The notes below the pieces were generated by a model. The model had not been told where the DNA came from. It worked only from the letters and a program-made list of their open reading frames with translations, and made no database searches. Positions 1 to 12,936 of a DNA stretch of 64,000 nucleotides are shown here, in pieces (the first letter of the stretch is position 1; every line of letters starts with the position of its first letter). A program made the translations under genes and the position numbers. Origin of the DNA: Macrostomum lignano (Eukaryota); contig NIVC01000562.1 in assembly GCA_002269645.1 (NCBI GenBank), positions 178,638-242,637 on the forward strand. Reading direction: 5' to 3'.

Positions 1-3000
1 CGCAGAACTGGACCAAGGCCACCTATCAGTCGGCTCTGCCAGACAAATCGTTGACTTACCTCACCTCGCTGTACTTTACCCTGTCGCTGCTCACCAGCGT
101 CGGATTTGGTAATGTTGCCGCCTACACCGAGGGCGAGAAGGCTGTGGTAGTTTTGTTCATGCTGCTGGGAGGTGAGGACCAACCATTCGTTTTCTTTCGA
201 GCTGTTAGTGTATTACTAATAACTATAGCAGTCCTAAACAAACATCAAGGTCGATACTACTGTCTCAGGCTCCCGCTGAGAAGCTGACCAGCTCTTCATT
301 AACACGAACATTTCATAGCAATGTAAATGGTCAAAACAAAAAGTTCTTATAATGGTGGGGCTAAGTACAAGCTAGCAGATCTCACGCCTGGTTTCAATTG
401 CCGTTCCTGATAACGAAAATTGGCCTGAGGCTTCTGTGTACAAGAATGTACACTGCCTGACGATGAGAAGTAAAGGCCGCTGTACACCTGCGTGAGTGTG
501 TGCCTTAGTAACGTATCCGTGTGCGTTGCGTGCTTAGAGGCCAGCGCAATGGGCAGAACTGCCTTGATTCTCGGCAGAGCTCAAAGCAGCTAGACAGCAT
601 AAATCGGGAAATTTTCGCAATAGCTAAACAAGCAGTTCCTCACCTGGATCTCCCAATTTGCCGTATCGCAATTAGCTGGACTCTTCGGCAGATGGGGCTC
701 GATCTTGCCGTTTTGCTCTGCCCTCAACTGAGCGCGCAGTTGAGGCATCCCAATCGGACGGGCCCTCAGCTTCCGGTCTCGTCAGTTGATGGGGGTGTTT
801 GCTCGAGAGGCTGCAATTAAGGAGCATCAGGCTGTAGTTCAGTCTCTGCAATTTCGTGTGCGCGGTTAAATGTTTTGCAAAATTTCGGCAGGCTCCGAGC
901 GCGATCTAAATTGCTTGCCGAGTCGCTGCAGATCTGCGTGCTGCTCTTTGCTCTTTTGAAGCAGCGCGCTCGTAGGCTTGGGGGCAGCTCTGAGATGAAT
1001 CTGGTTTATCTAGGAAGCCCCTATGCAGCCTCTTCTCTTTTCGCGATCGGAACAGCATTGCTTCATTAATTTGCTTCGTTTCGAGTGTATTTGCAGCGCA
1101 AAGAAAAATTTTAATATATTTTTTTAAATGCTAGGGATTGAAATTTCAACCCGAACTCGCTGTGAACTCGTGCAAAATTAGAGATTCAGTTTGTGACTTG
1201 ATCAGAATCTGATTCGTGTATGATCGCAAGTGGATGGAGCTAAATCAACTAATAATCAATATAAATGTCATTTTATTCAATAAACTACGAGCATAAGAAC
1301 TCCTTATTAAAATTCTTCACTTTCCATGCAGCCCTAGTCTACGCGACCATATTCGGAAATGTGACAACAATATTCCAGCAGATGTACGCGTCTAGGGCGC
1401 GCTATCACGAGATGATGAACAGCGTAAAAGAGTTCATGAAGATACACGACGTGCCTAGAGAACTGGGCGAGCGGGTAATGGACTATGTAACGTCGTCATG
1501 GGCAATTACGAAGGGAATTGACACGACAAAGGTAAGAGAGAACGGAATGCAAGGGGGTTGTTTCATAAATTGTGTCCTAAGACTGACTTTCAAGTTCCAA
1601 CTCAGGACTCAGTCATAAGTGTGTTCTATAGTCTGACTTCTAACTGTAATCTTAGGTAAGATCGAGTTCATGCGTCAGGGAAGAGCTGATGGAGCTGGTA
1701 AAGATACTGTGCCTGGATAATCCGTCCATGGTCATCTATGGTACGAGTAATCTGTAGCTGATACGAATACCAGAGAAAGGAAGCAAAATTTTATTCCTAC
1801 ACGATGCCACTCAACTTAGGACAGCTCTCGGTGTGCCCTAAATTAGGATCAAAGTCGGGGGTTTCAGCCATGGAATGCCATGAATGGAGTGTCTTTATAA
1901 AACACTTCGACCATAAGTTCAATCTTGCGCGAGTATCTCACTCCAGGGCGAATCTCAGTTGGATCCCAGCTAAGACTCAATTTTATCCATAGAAGCGTCA
2001 CTCCTAAGTTTAGCCCACAGGCGCGCTCTGTGACGTTGTTCTCAGTTCTCAGACCACATACAGTGAAAGAGTTGCTTGTTAAACAGAATCCAATAAATTT
2101 GAAGTTCTTTCGTCAAACAATAACTGTTGACCTTTTGGACGGCTTCAATGGCCATCAGCTGACTGGTAAAATTGGTTCATCTTTTTTTGTTGTCCAGCGG
2201 TCGAAAAGAACAGATAAGAAAAATTGTAATTGATTCATTTTTATTCATCTCGGGCAGTGTCATCAGCATGGCTGGCTGATTGGGATAATTTTCAGACGCT
2301 GAATGGATGCTGGAATAGGCTGCCAATTTACTGACAGAGGCAGTGAGAAGGCTTGTCAGGCAATGTGCCCCGTGATGAGACGCGCGATGTCAGACATGCC
2401 AGCGCATCATGAAGCAGCAGATGCTGAGGGGAGAAGGGAGGGGAGAACGCAGCAAGTCCACTTTCGCCCCAGTTGATAATTGATGAGTGCCGCTTCGACC
2501 CCGGGTCCGCGTAGTCTCAAGAGAGTTGGTTGTCATGGAGCTCTGAGACCAAGTTCACTTCTCATCTGAGAGCGCAGGGGCTTTTTCACCTGCTATCAAG
2601 TAGTGACGAATAAATATTTATTATGGTAAATCCACTAAAGTTGCATTTGTATCCGAAAAACCCCATTTCGCTAAGTGGATCTGGGCAAATTTTCTGAAAT
2701 CAACTGTTAAGCGATCGAAGCTTTCATGCTTCCCAATGGCACTGCGCACTGCGTCAAGCTGGCCATTTAAGGTAGTACATGTTACTTTCCCCCAGCGAGT
2801 TTTAGCCTAGTGGTTAGAGCATCGGACTCTCGACTGGAAGGTCGGGGGTTCAATTCTTGACCAACTCGGAACAATTTGTGTCCTCGAGCAAGACACAACT
2901 CTGCATTGCTTCAGTTCACCCAGCTGTAAAATGAGTACCACGGGGTAATTGAATGTGTGTGTGGCGACCCCCCAGTCCTTAGACTTGGACTGAACAGCCG

Positions 3001-3097
3001 TACGCAGCCTTCAGATGCTCCGCGCGATAGCTGCGGCTGAGCGGTCGGTTTCACATTTGGCTATTAGGGCGTTGTAGTCAATTATTATTATTATTAA

Positions 3098-3154
<57 letters not shown>

Positions 3155-6100
3155 TTTATATTATTACTTTTTAGGTGTTGAACTACTGTCCAAAAGACAT
3201 GAAAGCGGACCTGTGCGTCCATCTCAACCGCAAGGTGTTCAACGAGCATCCAGCGTTCCGTCTGGCATCCGACGGCTGTCTTCGCTCGCTGGCGATGGCC
3301 TTCGCCACGGTGCACACAGCCCCGGGCGATCTTATTTTCCATCAGGGCGAGAGTCTCGACCAGCTCTGCTTTGTGGTCAGCGGCTCGCTTGAGGTTATTC
3401 AAGACGACGAGGTGGTTGCTATACTAGGTGAGACAGTCCGTCCCCACTGCGCATACTTGTCTGCATCCGCGCTTCTGTCCTACTCCATACACCCACCCCG
3501 CTCACCCAACCCCCACTAACCAGCTCACCCAAACTCACCAATTCTATCCCCTCCACTCCATGCCCCACATAACTCCACTCACCTACCCCACCTCCACTCA
3601 CCTACCCCACCTCCACTCACCTACCCCACCTCCACTCACCTACCCCACCTCCACTCACCTACCCCACCTCCACTCACCTACCCCACTGCCACTCACCTAC
3701 CCCACCTCCACTCACCTACCCCACCTCCACTCACCTACCCCACCTCCACTCACCTACCCCACCCCCACTCACCTACCCCACCTCCACTCATCTACCTCAC
3801 CTCCACTCACCTACCCCACCTCCACTCATCTACCCCACCTCCACTCACCTACCCCACCCCCACTCACCTACCCCACCTCCACTCATCTACCCCACCCCCA
3901 CTCACCTACCCCACTCCACTCACCTACCCCACCTCCACTCACCTACCCCACCTCCACTCACCTACCCCACCTCCACTCACCTACCCCACCTCCACTCATC
4001 TACCCCACCTCCACTCATCTACCCCACCTCCACTCATCTACCCCACCTCCACTCACCTACCCCACCTCCACTCACCTACCCCACCTCCACTTACCTACCC
4101 CACCTCCACTCATCTACCCACCTCCACTCACCTACCCCACCTCCACTAATCTACCCACCTCCACTCACCTACCCCACCTCCACTCACCTACCCCACCTCC
4201 ACTCACCTACCCCACCTCCACTTTCCCAAAGCATTCTCCAAGCGTGCATCGTTTCCCGCACCTGTAGCCCAATATTCGCCCACCTTGAACCGGCAGGCAA
4301 AGGTGATGTATTTGGCGACACCTTCTGGAAGGAGAACCCGCTTGGCCAGTCGGCGGCCAGCGTTCGCGCCCTCACCTACTGCGATCTGCACTGCATCAAG
4401 CGCAATTGCCTGTTAGATGTGCTCAACTTTTATCAGGCCTTCTCAAACTCGTTCGCCAGAAATCTCGTGCTCACCTATAACCTGAGGCATCGGGTAAGTG
4501 ACAAAATTATAATAACAATTTCTAGTGTCTTTAAGCATCCTAGTGCCCGTCTTATTGTGGCTTGCGGTAGTTCTTGTCTAAGACAAAACTTAAAGAGTTG
4601 CTGAGAAGTCAAGGCTCAAGATGAGGGTTGCTAAGAAGTCAAGGCTTAAGATGGGGGTGCTGAGAAGTCAAGGCTCAAGATGGGGTTGCTGAGAAGTCAA
4701 GGCTCAAGATGGGGTTGCTGAGAAGTCAAGGCTCAAGATGGGGGTTGCTGAGAAGTCAAGGCTCAAGATGGAGGTTGCTGAGAAGTCAAGGCTCAAGATC
4801 GGGGTGCTGAGAAGTCAAGGCTCAAGAACTGGGTTGCTGAGGAGTCAAGGCTCAAGATGGGGGTTGCTGAGAAGTCAAGGCTCAAGAACTGGGTTGCTGA
4901 GGAGTCAAGGCTCAAGATGGAGGTTGCTGAGAAGTCAAAGCTCAAGAACTGGGTTGCTGAGGAGTCAAGGCTCAAGATGGGGGTTGCTGAGAAGTCAAAG
5001 CTCAAGAACTGGGTTGCTGAGGAGTCAAGGCTCAAGATGGGGGTTGCTGAGAAGTCAAGGCTCAAGATGGGGGTTGCTGAGAAGTCAAGGCTCAAGATGG
5101 GGGTTGCTGAGAAGTCAAGGCTCAAGATGGAGGTTGCTGAGAAGTCAAGGCTCAAGATGGGGTTGCTGAGAAGTCAAGGCTCAAGATGGGGTTGCTGAGA
5201 AGTCAAGGCTCAAGATGGAGGTTGCTGAGAAGTCAAGGCTCAAGATCGGGGTGCTGAGAAGTCAAGGCTCAAGATCGGGGTGCTGAGAAGTCAAGGCTCA
5301 AGAACTGGGTTGCTGAGAAGTCAAGGCTCAAGATCGGGGTTGCTGAGAAGTCAAGGCTCAAGATCGGGGTTGCTGAGAAGTCAAGGCTCAAGAACTGGGT
5401 TGCTGAGGAGTCAAGGCTCAAGATGGAGGTTGCTGAGAAGTCAAAGCTCAAGAACTGGGTTGCTGAGGAGTCAAGGCTCAAGATGGGGGTTGCTGAGAAG
5501 TCAAGGCTCAAGATGGGGGTTGCTGAGAAGTCAAGGCTCAAGATGGGGGTTGCTGAGAAGTCAAGGCTCAAGATGGAGGTTGCTGAGAAGTCAAGGCTCA
5601 AGATGGGGTTGCTGAGAAGTCAAGGCTCAAGATGGGGTTGCTGAGAAGTCAAGGCTCAAGATGGAGGTTGCTGAGGAGTCAAGGCTCAAGATGGAGGTTG
5701 CTGAGAAGTCAAGGCTCAAGATGAGGGTTGCTGAGAAGTCAAGGCTCAAGATGGAGGTTGCTGAGAAGTCAAGGCTCAAGATGGGGGTTGCTGAGAAGTC
5801 AAGGCTCAAGATGGGGGTTGCTGAGAAGTCAAGGCTCAAGATCAGGGTGCTGAGAAGTCAAGGCTCAAGATGGGGGTTGCTGAGAAGTCAAGGCTCAAGA
5901 TGGGGGTTGCTGAGAAGTCAAGGCTCAAGATCGGGGTGCTGAGGAGTCAAGGCTCAAGAACTGGGTTGCTGAGAAGTCAAGGCTCAAGATGGGGGTTGCT
6001 GAGAAGTCAAGGCTCAAGAACTGGGTTGCTGAGGAGTCAAGGCTCAAGATGGAGGTTGCTGAGAAGTCAAAGCTCAAGAACTGGGTTGCTGAGGAGTCAA

Positions 6101-8237
6101 GGCTCAAGATGGGGGTTGCTGAGAAGTCAAGGCTCAAGATGGGGGTTGCTGAGAAGTCAAGGCTCAAGATGGGGGTTGCTGAGAAGTCAAGGCTCAAGAT
6201 GGAGGTTGCTGAGAAGTCAAGGCTCAAGATGGGGTTGCTGAGAAGTCAAGGCTCAAGATGGGGTTGCTGAGAAGTCAAGGCTCAAGATGGAGGTTGCTGA
6301 GGAGTCAAGGCTCAAGATCAGGGTGCTGAGAAGTCAAGGCTCAAGATGGGGGTTGCTGAGAAGTCAAGGCTCAAGATGGGGGTTGCTGAGAAGTCAAGGC
6401 TCAAGATGGGGTTGCTGAGAAGTCAAGGCTCAAAATGGGGTTGCTGAGAAGTCAAGGCTCAAGATGGGGGTTGCTGAGAAGTCAAGGCTCAAGATCGGGG
6501 TGCTGAGGAGTCAAGGCTCAAGAACTGGGTTGCTGAGAAGTCAAGGCTCAAGATGGGGGTTGCTGAGAAGTCAAGGCTCAAGATGGGGGTTGCTGAGAAG
6601 TCAAGGCTCAAGATGGGGTTGCTGAGGAGTCAAGGCTCAAGATGGGGTTGCTGAGAAGTCAAGGCTCAAGATGGAGGTTGCTGAGAAGTCAAGGCTCAAG
6701 ATGAGGGTTGCTGAGAAGTCAAGGCTCAAGATGGGGTTGCTGAGAAGTCAAGGCTCAAGAACTGGGTTGCTGAGGAGTCAAGGCTCAAGATGGAGGTTGC
6801 TGAGAAGTCAAGGCTCAAGATGGAGGTTGCTGAGGAGTCAAGGCTCAAACTGGGAGTTGCTGAGAAGTCAAGGCTCAAACTGGGAGTTGCTGAGAAGTCA
6901 AGGCTCAAGATGAGGGTTGCTGAGAAGTCAAGGCTCAAACTGGGAGTTGCTGAGAAGTCAAGGCTCAAGATGAGGGTTGCTGAGAAGTCAAGGCTCAAGA
7001 TGGGGGTTGCTGAGAAGTCAAGGCTCAAGATGGGGTTGCTGAGGAGTCAAGGCTCAAGATGAGGGTTGCTGAGAAGTCAAGGCTCAAACTGGGAGTTGCT
7101 GAGAAGTCAAGGCTCAAGATGAGGGTTGCTGAGAAGTCAAGGCTCAAGATGGGGGTGCTGAGAAGTCAAGGCTCAAGAACTGGGTTGCTTAGGAGTCAAG
7201 GCTCAAGAAGGGAAGTTGCTTGTAACACACACTCTGTGCCTCGGGGTTGGCCCTCATTAGTGAGAGCTGCACGTCAGACCCCATTAAAAATCGCCTTTCA
7301 GATTGTCTTCCGCAAGATTGCCGACGTCAGGCGGGAGCGCGAGCTGGCTGAGCGGGGCAAATTCGAGCCGCCACTGATGGACCTGAGCTCCGATCATCCG
7401 GTGCGCAAGCTCATCTCCCGATTCAAGAAGGCCTCCGACGGGTCCGTCTCTGCCGGCACTCTGAAGCCTAACGGAGAAGCAGTCGGGCCGCAGTCGGAGG
7501 TCGGCAGCAGCGGTGAAGTTTTTGAAGCTCCAAGCGCGAGTAGCTCAGCACATGGCGGCGGCGGCAGCGGCGGCAGCGGCGGCGGCGGTGGCGGTGGCGG
7601 CTCCAGATGGTCGCGCATGTTCAGCGCTCGCCGCTCCTCTGTGTCGGTGGCCTCGCCATCCGGTATTTCGGCCGCCAGCGACAGCCCGGCCGCCCTCGAG
7701 GCCGGTGTCGCCTCCGAGTCCGCGGCTCCGCCCATCATCGTTGAGGAGGCGGCGCCACAGCCAGCCAAGAAAAAGCCGCCGCAGCCTCCGCCGAAAAATC
7801 CGCTGCTGCAGGCGGCCAAAAAGCTGCAGACTTCGTCGACATCTCAGCAAGAACAGCAGCAGCTGGACGCATCACTGAAGTCCCTCGCCAGCCTCTTGAC
7901 AGAAACTCGCGAAGAGCTTTGCAGAGAGCTCGCCAGCCTCAACGGCCGAGTTAGCCGCGTGGACACGCAGCTACGCGAATTCCTGCGCCTCATCAGTCCG
8001 CTGGATTCGCACTGCCAGTCTCTTGAGTCCACGGCGTCCACAGACAGTGGGCAGACTCGGCAGGAGCCTGCACTGGCTCCTGACAGCAGCAGCAGTGGTG
8101 GCGCCAGCGGCGGCGGCGGCAGCTCCAGTCAGAGTCCGAACCTGTCCGGCAAGTCCGCTGCGTCCTCTTCGTTCTCGTCGTCGGCTTTCAGCAGCGGCCA
8201 AGGCCTCGGCAGCGGTGGTGGCTCCTCGCACTGCTAA
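1..8237 (+). CDS. eag: Ether-a-go-go (eag, KCNH1/5-type) voltage-gated K+ channel, 3' part. Exons <1-171, 1332-1531, 3175-3427, 4297-4493, 7302-8237
   Basis: Pore motif [10 protein letters not shown]6 [20 protein letters not shown]-linker [20 protein letters not shown] domain ([37 protein letters not shown]; [11 protein letters not shown]; [10 protein letters not shown]) and the eag-type LTYNLRHR|[18 protein letters not shown]. All four introns are GT-AG with compatible phases. Confidence 0.95.
440..565 (+). mobile_element. Partial family-2 SINE copy
   Basis: tgtacactgcctgacgatgagaag...ggccgctgtacacc...gtgagtgtgtgcc...aatgggcag matches the other copies. Confidence 0.65.
2791..3152 (+). mobile_element. 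tRNA-derived CORE-type SINE (family 1) with (ATT)n tail
   Basis: Pol III A-box/B-box head (gcctagtggttagagc...ggttcaattc), CORE-like segment gtgtcctcgagcaagacac...cagttcacccagctgtaaaatg, and ATT tail at ~3083-3152. A second copy lies in reverse orientation at ~27150-27400. Confidence 0.8.
3570..4222. repeat. 19-bp minisatellite (ccccacctccactcaccta)n in an eag intron
   Basis: Tandem units read directly; they explain the [11 protein letters not shown] at 3428-4267. Confidence 0.95.
4598..7212. repeat. 29-30-bp satellite (gctgagaagtcaaggctcaagatgggggtt)n, ~2.6 kb, filling the last eag intron
   Basis: Tandem units read directly; source of the [10 protein letters not shown] / LLRSQGSR / SLDFSATP ORFs. 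Confidence 0.97.
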
Positions 8238-8256
8238 TTGGCCTCGCCAGTCTTCA

Positions 8257-8750
8257 CTGGACTGAACTGCTGTCTCAGCATTGATCACGTGACTCTGGAC
8301 TGAACTGCTGTCTCAGCATTGATCACGTGACTCTGGACTGAACTGCTGTCTCAGCATTGATCACGTGACTCTGGACTGAACTGCTGTCTCAGCATTGATC
8401 ACGTGACTCTGGACTGAACTGCTGTCTCAGCATTGATCACGTGACTCTGGACTGAACTGCTGTCTCAGCATTGATCACGTGACTCTGGACTGAACTGCTG
8501 TCTCAGCATTGATCACGTGACTCTGGACTGAACTGCTGTCTCAGCATTGATCACGTGACTCTGGACTGAACTGCTGTCTCAGCATTGATCACGTGACTCT
8601 GGACTGAACTGCTGTCTCAGCATTGATCACGTGACTCTGGACTGAACTGCTGTCTCAGCATTGATCACGTGACTCTGGACTGAACTGCTGTCTCAGCATT
8701 GATCACGTGACTCTGGACTGAACTGCTGTCTCAGCATTGATCACGTGACT
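8257..8750. repeat. 13 identical copies of a 38-bp unit (ctggactgaactgctgtctcagcattgatcacgtgact) just after the eag stop codon
   Basis: 494 bp = 13 x 38; I saw no variant bases and no spacers. Confidence 0.97.
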
Positions 8751-9399
8751 CCGGTTGCATTGGTTTGATTCCAGTTGTTGATTTTGCAGTTGATCACCAT
8801 ACTCGTAGCTGTGCATCTATTTCACACCCGACACATTGGCGCCCCTATCAGCGGTGAAATCGCAAATAATCTCTGATCGCTCACCATTTCCATTACCACG
8901 GCTCGAACCTTTTGCTTTTTGTTAATGCTTCGTTGCAAATAATTTCTTCAATCCTCACCAAATCGTCTTTAGACGATCGGAAGCTGCCGTAGAGGTTTGC
9001 AGCTTCTTGGTTCCGAATTAAATCTAGCTTTTATGCACCCCCAATCTCAATTTGCATTGTTCAGCACCTACATGTAGCATCCGGCTGCAGAGCATATTTT
9101 CCTAGAAAAATAACAAAGCAATGTCAATCTACAACAAGGCACAATTGAGGCGACCTAATCATTTGAAAAGCTGAAGTGTCGTGTCTGTGTACAGAGTTTG
9201 CGTTTGATCATAGTCATTATTTTAACTGGTTATCTGTCTGTGTATGAGATCTCATTTTCTTATAAACACATAAAATACAGCTTGCATTGCTCTCCTGTCT
9301 CTCTTTGCCTACCCCTGTTAATCTCTCTTCCACTCTCCCCATATGCTTTTGCCTCTTCATCTTTCCTGTCTCCCCTCTCAGTTCCCAGTTCCTCCCTTT

Positions 9400-10250
9400 C
9401 TGTTTCCCCCCTCTGTCTCCTCCTCTGTCTCCTCCTCTCTTTCTCCCCCTCTCTGTCTCCCCCTCTCTGTCTCCCCCTCTCTGTCTCCTCCTCTCTGTCT
9501 CCTCCTCTCTTTCTCCCCCTCTCTGTCTCCCCCTCTCTTTCTCCCCCTCTCTGTCTCCCCCTCTCTGTCTCCTCCTCTCTGTCTCCTCCTCTCTGTCTCC
9601 CCCTCTCTGTCTCCTCCTCTCTTTCTCCTCCTCTCTTTCTCCCCCTCTCTGTCTCCCCCTCTCTGTCTCCCCCTCTCTTTCTCCCCCTCTCTGTCTCCTC
9701 CTCTCTGTCTCCCCCTCTCTGTCTCCCCCTCTCTGTCTCCCCCTCTCTGTCTCCCCCTCTCTGTCTCCCCCTCTCTGTCTCCCCCTCTCTGTCTCCCCCT
9801 CTCTCCCCTCTCTGTCTCCCCCTCTCTGTCTCCCCCTCTCTGTCTCCCCCTCTCTGTCTCCCCCTCTCTGTCTCCCCCTCTCTGTCTCCCCCTCTCTGTC
9901 TCCTCCTCTCTTTCTCCCCTCTCTTTCTCCCCCTCTCTTTCTCCCCCTCTCTGTCTCCCCCTCTCTGTCTCCCCCTCTCTGTCTCCCTCTCTCTGTCTCC
10001 CCCTCTCTGTCTCCCCTCTCTGTCTCCTCCTCTCTTTCTCCCCCTCTCTGTCTCCCCCTCTCTGTCTCCCCCTCTCTGTCTCCCCCTCTCTGTCTCCCCT
10101 CTCTGTCTCCCCCTCTCTGTCTCCCCTCTCTGTCTCCCCCTCTCTGTCTCCCCCTCTCTGTCTCCCCTCTCTGTCTCCCCCTCTCTGTCCCCTCTCTGTC
10201 CCCTCTCTGTCTCCCCCTCTTCTCTCTGTCTCCTCTGTCTCCTCCTCTCT
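9400..10250. repeat. CT-rich polypyrimidine microsatellite (ctgtctccccctct)n
   Basis: Read directly; produces the SLSPPL / RQRGGDRE ORFs. Confidence 0.95.
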
Positions 10251-11084
10251 GTTTCCATCAATCTCCCCTCAGTTTTCCTTTCTCTGGCTCCTCTGTGTCC
10301 ATCAATTATAGCGGATTTAATGCCCCGATAAATTTAGGCAGACATTTCCAGACAAAAATTGCTTAAATATTGACATGAATTTCATGAATTTTTCATTTCC
10401 AGCGATTATTTAAAAATGCGTTATTTGCTACAAAAGCTTTTCCTACTAATCAATCAAAATTGAATTGAAATTGAAACTTTTACTATGCATCATTGAATTA
10501 AGGGAGCAGACTTTTTGATTCCAAATCCTAAATTGGAGCTCAAGCTCCGATAAAAAAGCGCGCATTCATAATTGATGCCCAACCCATGCCGAGCACTTTG
10601 TGTCCCCAGCAGCGCAGCTGACCTCCTGGCATTGTCAAACGAAGCACTTATAGATCCTCTTTTTGGCTTCAAGTTCCATCGCATGTTTTCCTCTTCCACG
10701 CGGCAGATCAGCTCCCAACGGACCTTAGCAGCCTGGATGTTATCAGCCATGTCTTTCCGTGTCTGTTCGTGTAGCCATGGGTCAAGGCTTCGATCTGTGG
10801 CGGGGGTCGCCGGAGCACTGTGCTCAGCTCATGTGAGACAGTGCTCTGGCTCTGCTAAGACAGCAGAGACTCTTGGAAAAACAACAACTTCTCTGCTATC
10901 TGTCAGCTAGTTGTTTGCTTGCACTGAAAACTTAAGAGATTAATTATTAGTTCAGATGCACTATTTAGTCCGCGCGTTGAAGTCCATGCACTTCAACCGA
11001 ATTTCAACTTTTAATAACTTCTTAATTGACTCTGCGCTTTTCTTGCCAGATGGAGCTCAAGATGAGGGGAAGGGGAAGAGTGCG

Positions 11085-12280
11085 GGAAAGGAAGGAAGAG
11101 AAGGAGAAGAGGATCAGGGGATCAGGTGAGAGAAGGAGAAGAGGATCAGGGGATCAGGTGAGAGAAGGGGAAGAGGATCAGGGGGATCAGGGGGATCAGG
11201 TGAGAGAAGGGGAGAGGATCAGGGGATCAGGTGAGAGAAGGGGAGAGGATCAGGGGATCAGGTGGGAGAAGGGGAGAGGATCAGGGGGATCAGGTGAGAG
11301 AAGGGAAAGAGGATCAGGGGGATCAGGTGAGAGAAGGGGAAGAGGATCAGGGGGATCAGGTGAGAGAAGGGGAGAGGATCAGGGGATCAGGTGAGAGAAG
11401 GGGAGAGGATCAGGGGATCAGGTGAGAGAAGGGGAGAGGATCAGGGGATCAGGTGGGAGAAGGGGAAGAGGATCAGGGGGATCAGGTGACAGAAGGGGAA
11501 GAGGATCAGGGGGATCAGGTGACAGAAGGGGAAGAGGATCAGGGGGATCAGGTGACAGAAGGGGAAGAGGATTAGGGGTGGGAAGGGGAAGAAGATCAGG
11601 GGGATCAGGTGGGAGAATGGGAGAGGATCAGGGGGATCAGGTGAGAGAAGGGGAGAGGATCAGGGGATCAGGTGAGAGAAGGGGAGAGGATCAGGGGATC
11701 AGGTGGGAGAAGGGGAGAGGATCAGGGGATCAGGTGGGAGAAGGGGAGAGGATCAGGGGGATCAGGTGAGAGAAGGGGAAGAGGATCAGGGGGATCAGGT
11801 GAGAGAAGGGGAGAGGATCAGGGGATCAGGTGAGAGAAGGGGAGAGGATCAGGGGGATCAGGTGAGAGAAGGGGAAGAGGATCAGGGGGATCAGGTGACA
11901 GAAGGGGAAGAGGATCAGGGGGATCAGGTGACAGAAGGGGAAGAGGATCAGGGGGATCAGGTGACAGAAGGGGAAGAGGATCAGGTGAGAGAAGGGGAAG
12001 AGGATCAGGGGGATCAGGTGGGAGAATGGGAGAGGATCAGGGGGATCAGGTGAGAGAAGGGGAGAGGATCAGGGGATCAGGTGAGAGAAGGGGAGAGGAT
12101 CAGGAGATCAGGTGGGAGAAGGGGAGAGGATCAGGGGGATCAGGTGAGAGAAGGGGAAGAGGATCAGGGGCATCAGGTGACAGAAGGGGAAGAGGATCAG
12201 GGGGATCAGGTGACAGAAGGGGAAGAGGATCAGGGGTGGGAAGGAGAAGAGGATCAGAGAGAATGGGAAGAGGATCAGGG
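11085..12280. repeat. Purine-rich ~31-33-bp minisatellite (gaggatcagggggatcaggtgagagaagggga)n
   Basis: Tandem units read directly. Confidence 0.93.
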
Positions 12281-12394
12281 CGAGAAGAATAAGAAGAGCA
12301 GGGGAGAGCAGGGAAGGAGGATCGGGGAAGAGAAGAGAAAAATGAAAGAACAACGATAATAATGGTAGCTAAAAGAAGAAAGAAGTAGGGAGGA

Positions 12395-12936
12395 GAGAGG
12401 GAAGCACGGAAGGAGAGAGGGAAGCAGGGGAGGAGATAGGAAAGCACGGAAGGAGAGAGGGAAGCAGGGGAGCAGATAGGGAAGCAGGGGAGGAGATAGG
12501 GAAGCACGGAAGGAGAAATGGAAGCACGGAAGGAGAAATGGAAGCACGGAAGGAGAGATGGAAGCACGGAAGGAGAGAGGGAAGCACGGAAGGAGAGAGG
12601 GAAGCACGGAAGGAGAGAGGGAAGCACGGAAGGAGAGAGGGAAGCACGGAAGGAGAGAGGGAAGCACGGAAGGAGAGAGGGAAGCACGGAAGGAGAGAGG
12701 GGAGCACGGAAGGAGAGAGGGAAGCACGGAAGGAGAGAGGGAAGCACGGAAGGAGAGAGGGAAGCACGGAAGGAGAGAGGGAAGCATGGAAGGAGAGATG
12801 GAAGCACGGAAGGAGAGAGGGAAGCACGGAAGGAGAGAGGGGAGCACGGAAGGAGAGAGGGAAGCACGGAAGGAGAGAGGGAAGCATGGAAGGAGAGATG
12901 GAAGCACGGAAGGAGAGAGGGAAGCACGGAAGGAGA
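12395..12936. repeat. 20-bp minisatellite (gaagcacggaaggagagagg)n
   Basis: 20-bp period is visible as column-aligned units at 12541-12930. Confidence 0.95.

Noticed and set aside
722-745. 9-bp hairpin cctcaactg-agcgcg-cagttgagg
   Set aside because: Too short to be significant alone in 64 kb, with no supporting context.
600-2240. Possible nested minus-strand gene or TE remnant in eag introns 1-2
   Set aside because: Short coding-looking stretches exist, but all frames hit stops and I could not build a phase-consistent model or recognise a domain.
2791-2870. Functional tRNA gene
   Set aside because: It has A/B boxes but no complete acceptor stem, and it continues into SINE body; the same holds for the heads at 23540-23600, 33183 and 55535.
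7059-7301. N-terminal part of the 392-aa ORF ([10 protein letters not shown]...)
   Set aside because: It is read-through of the intronic satellite; the real exon starts at acceptor 7301/7302 and joins LRHR|IVFRK.
8257-8750. CRISPR-like array (38-bp identical repeats)
   Set aside because: Units are head-to-tail with no spacers, no cas genes are nearby, and the context is eukaryotic.
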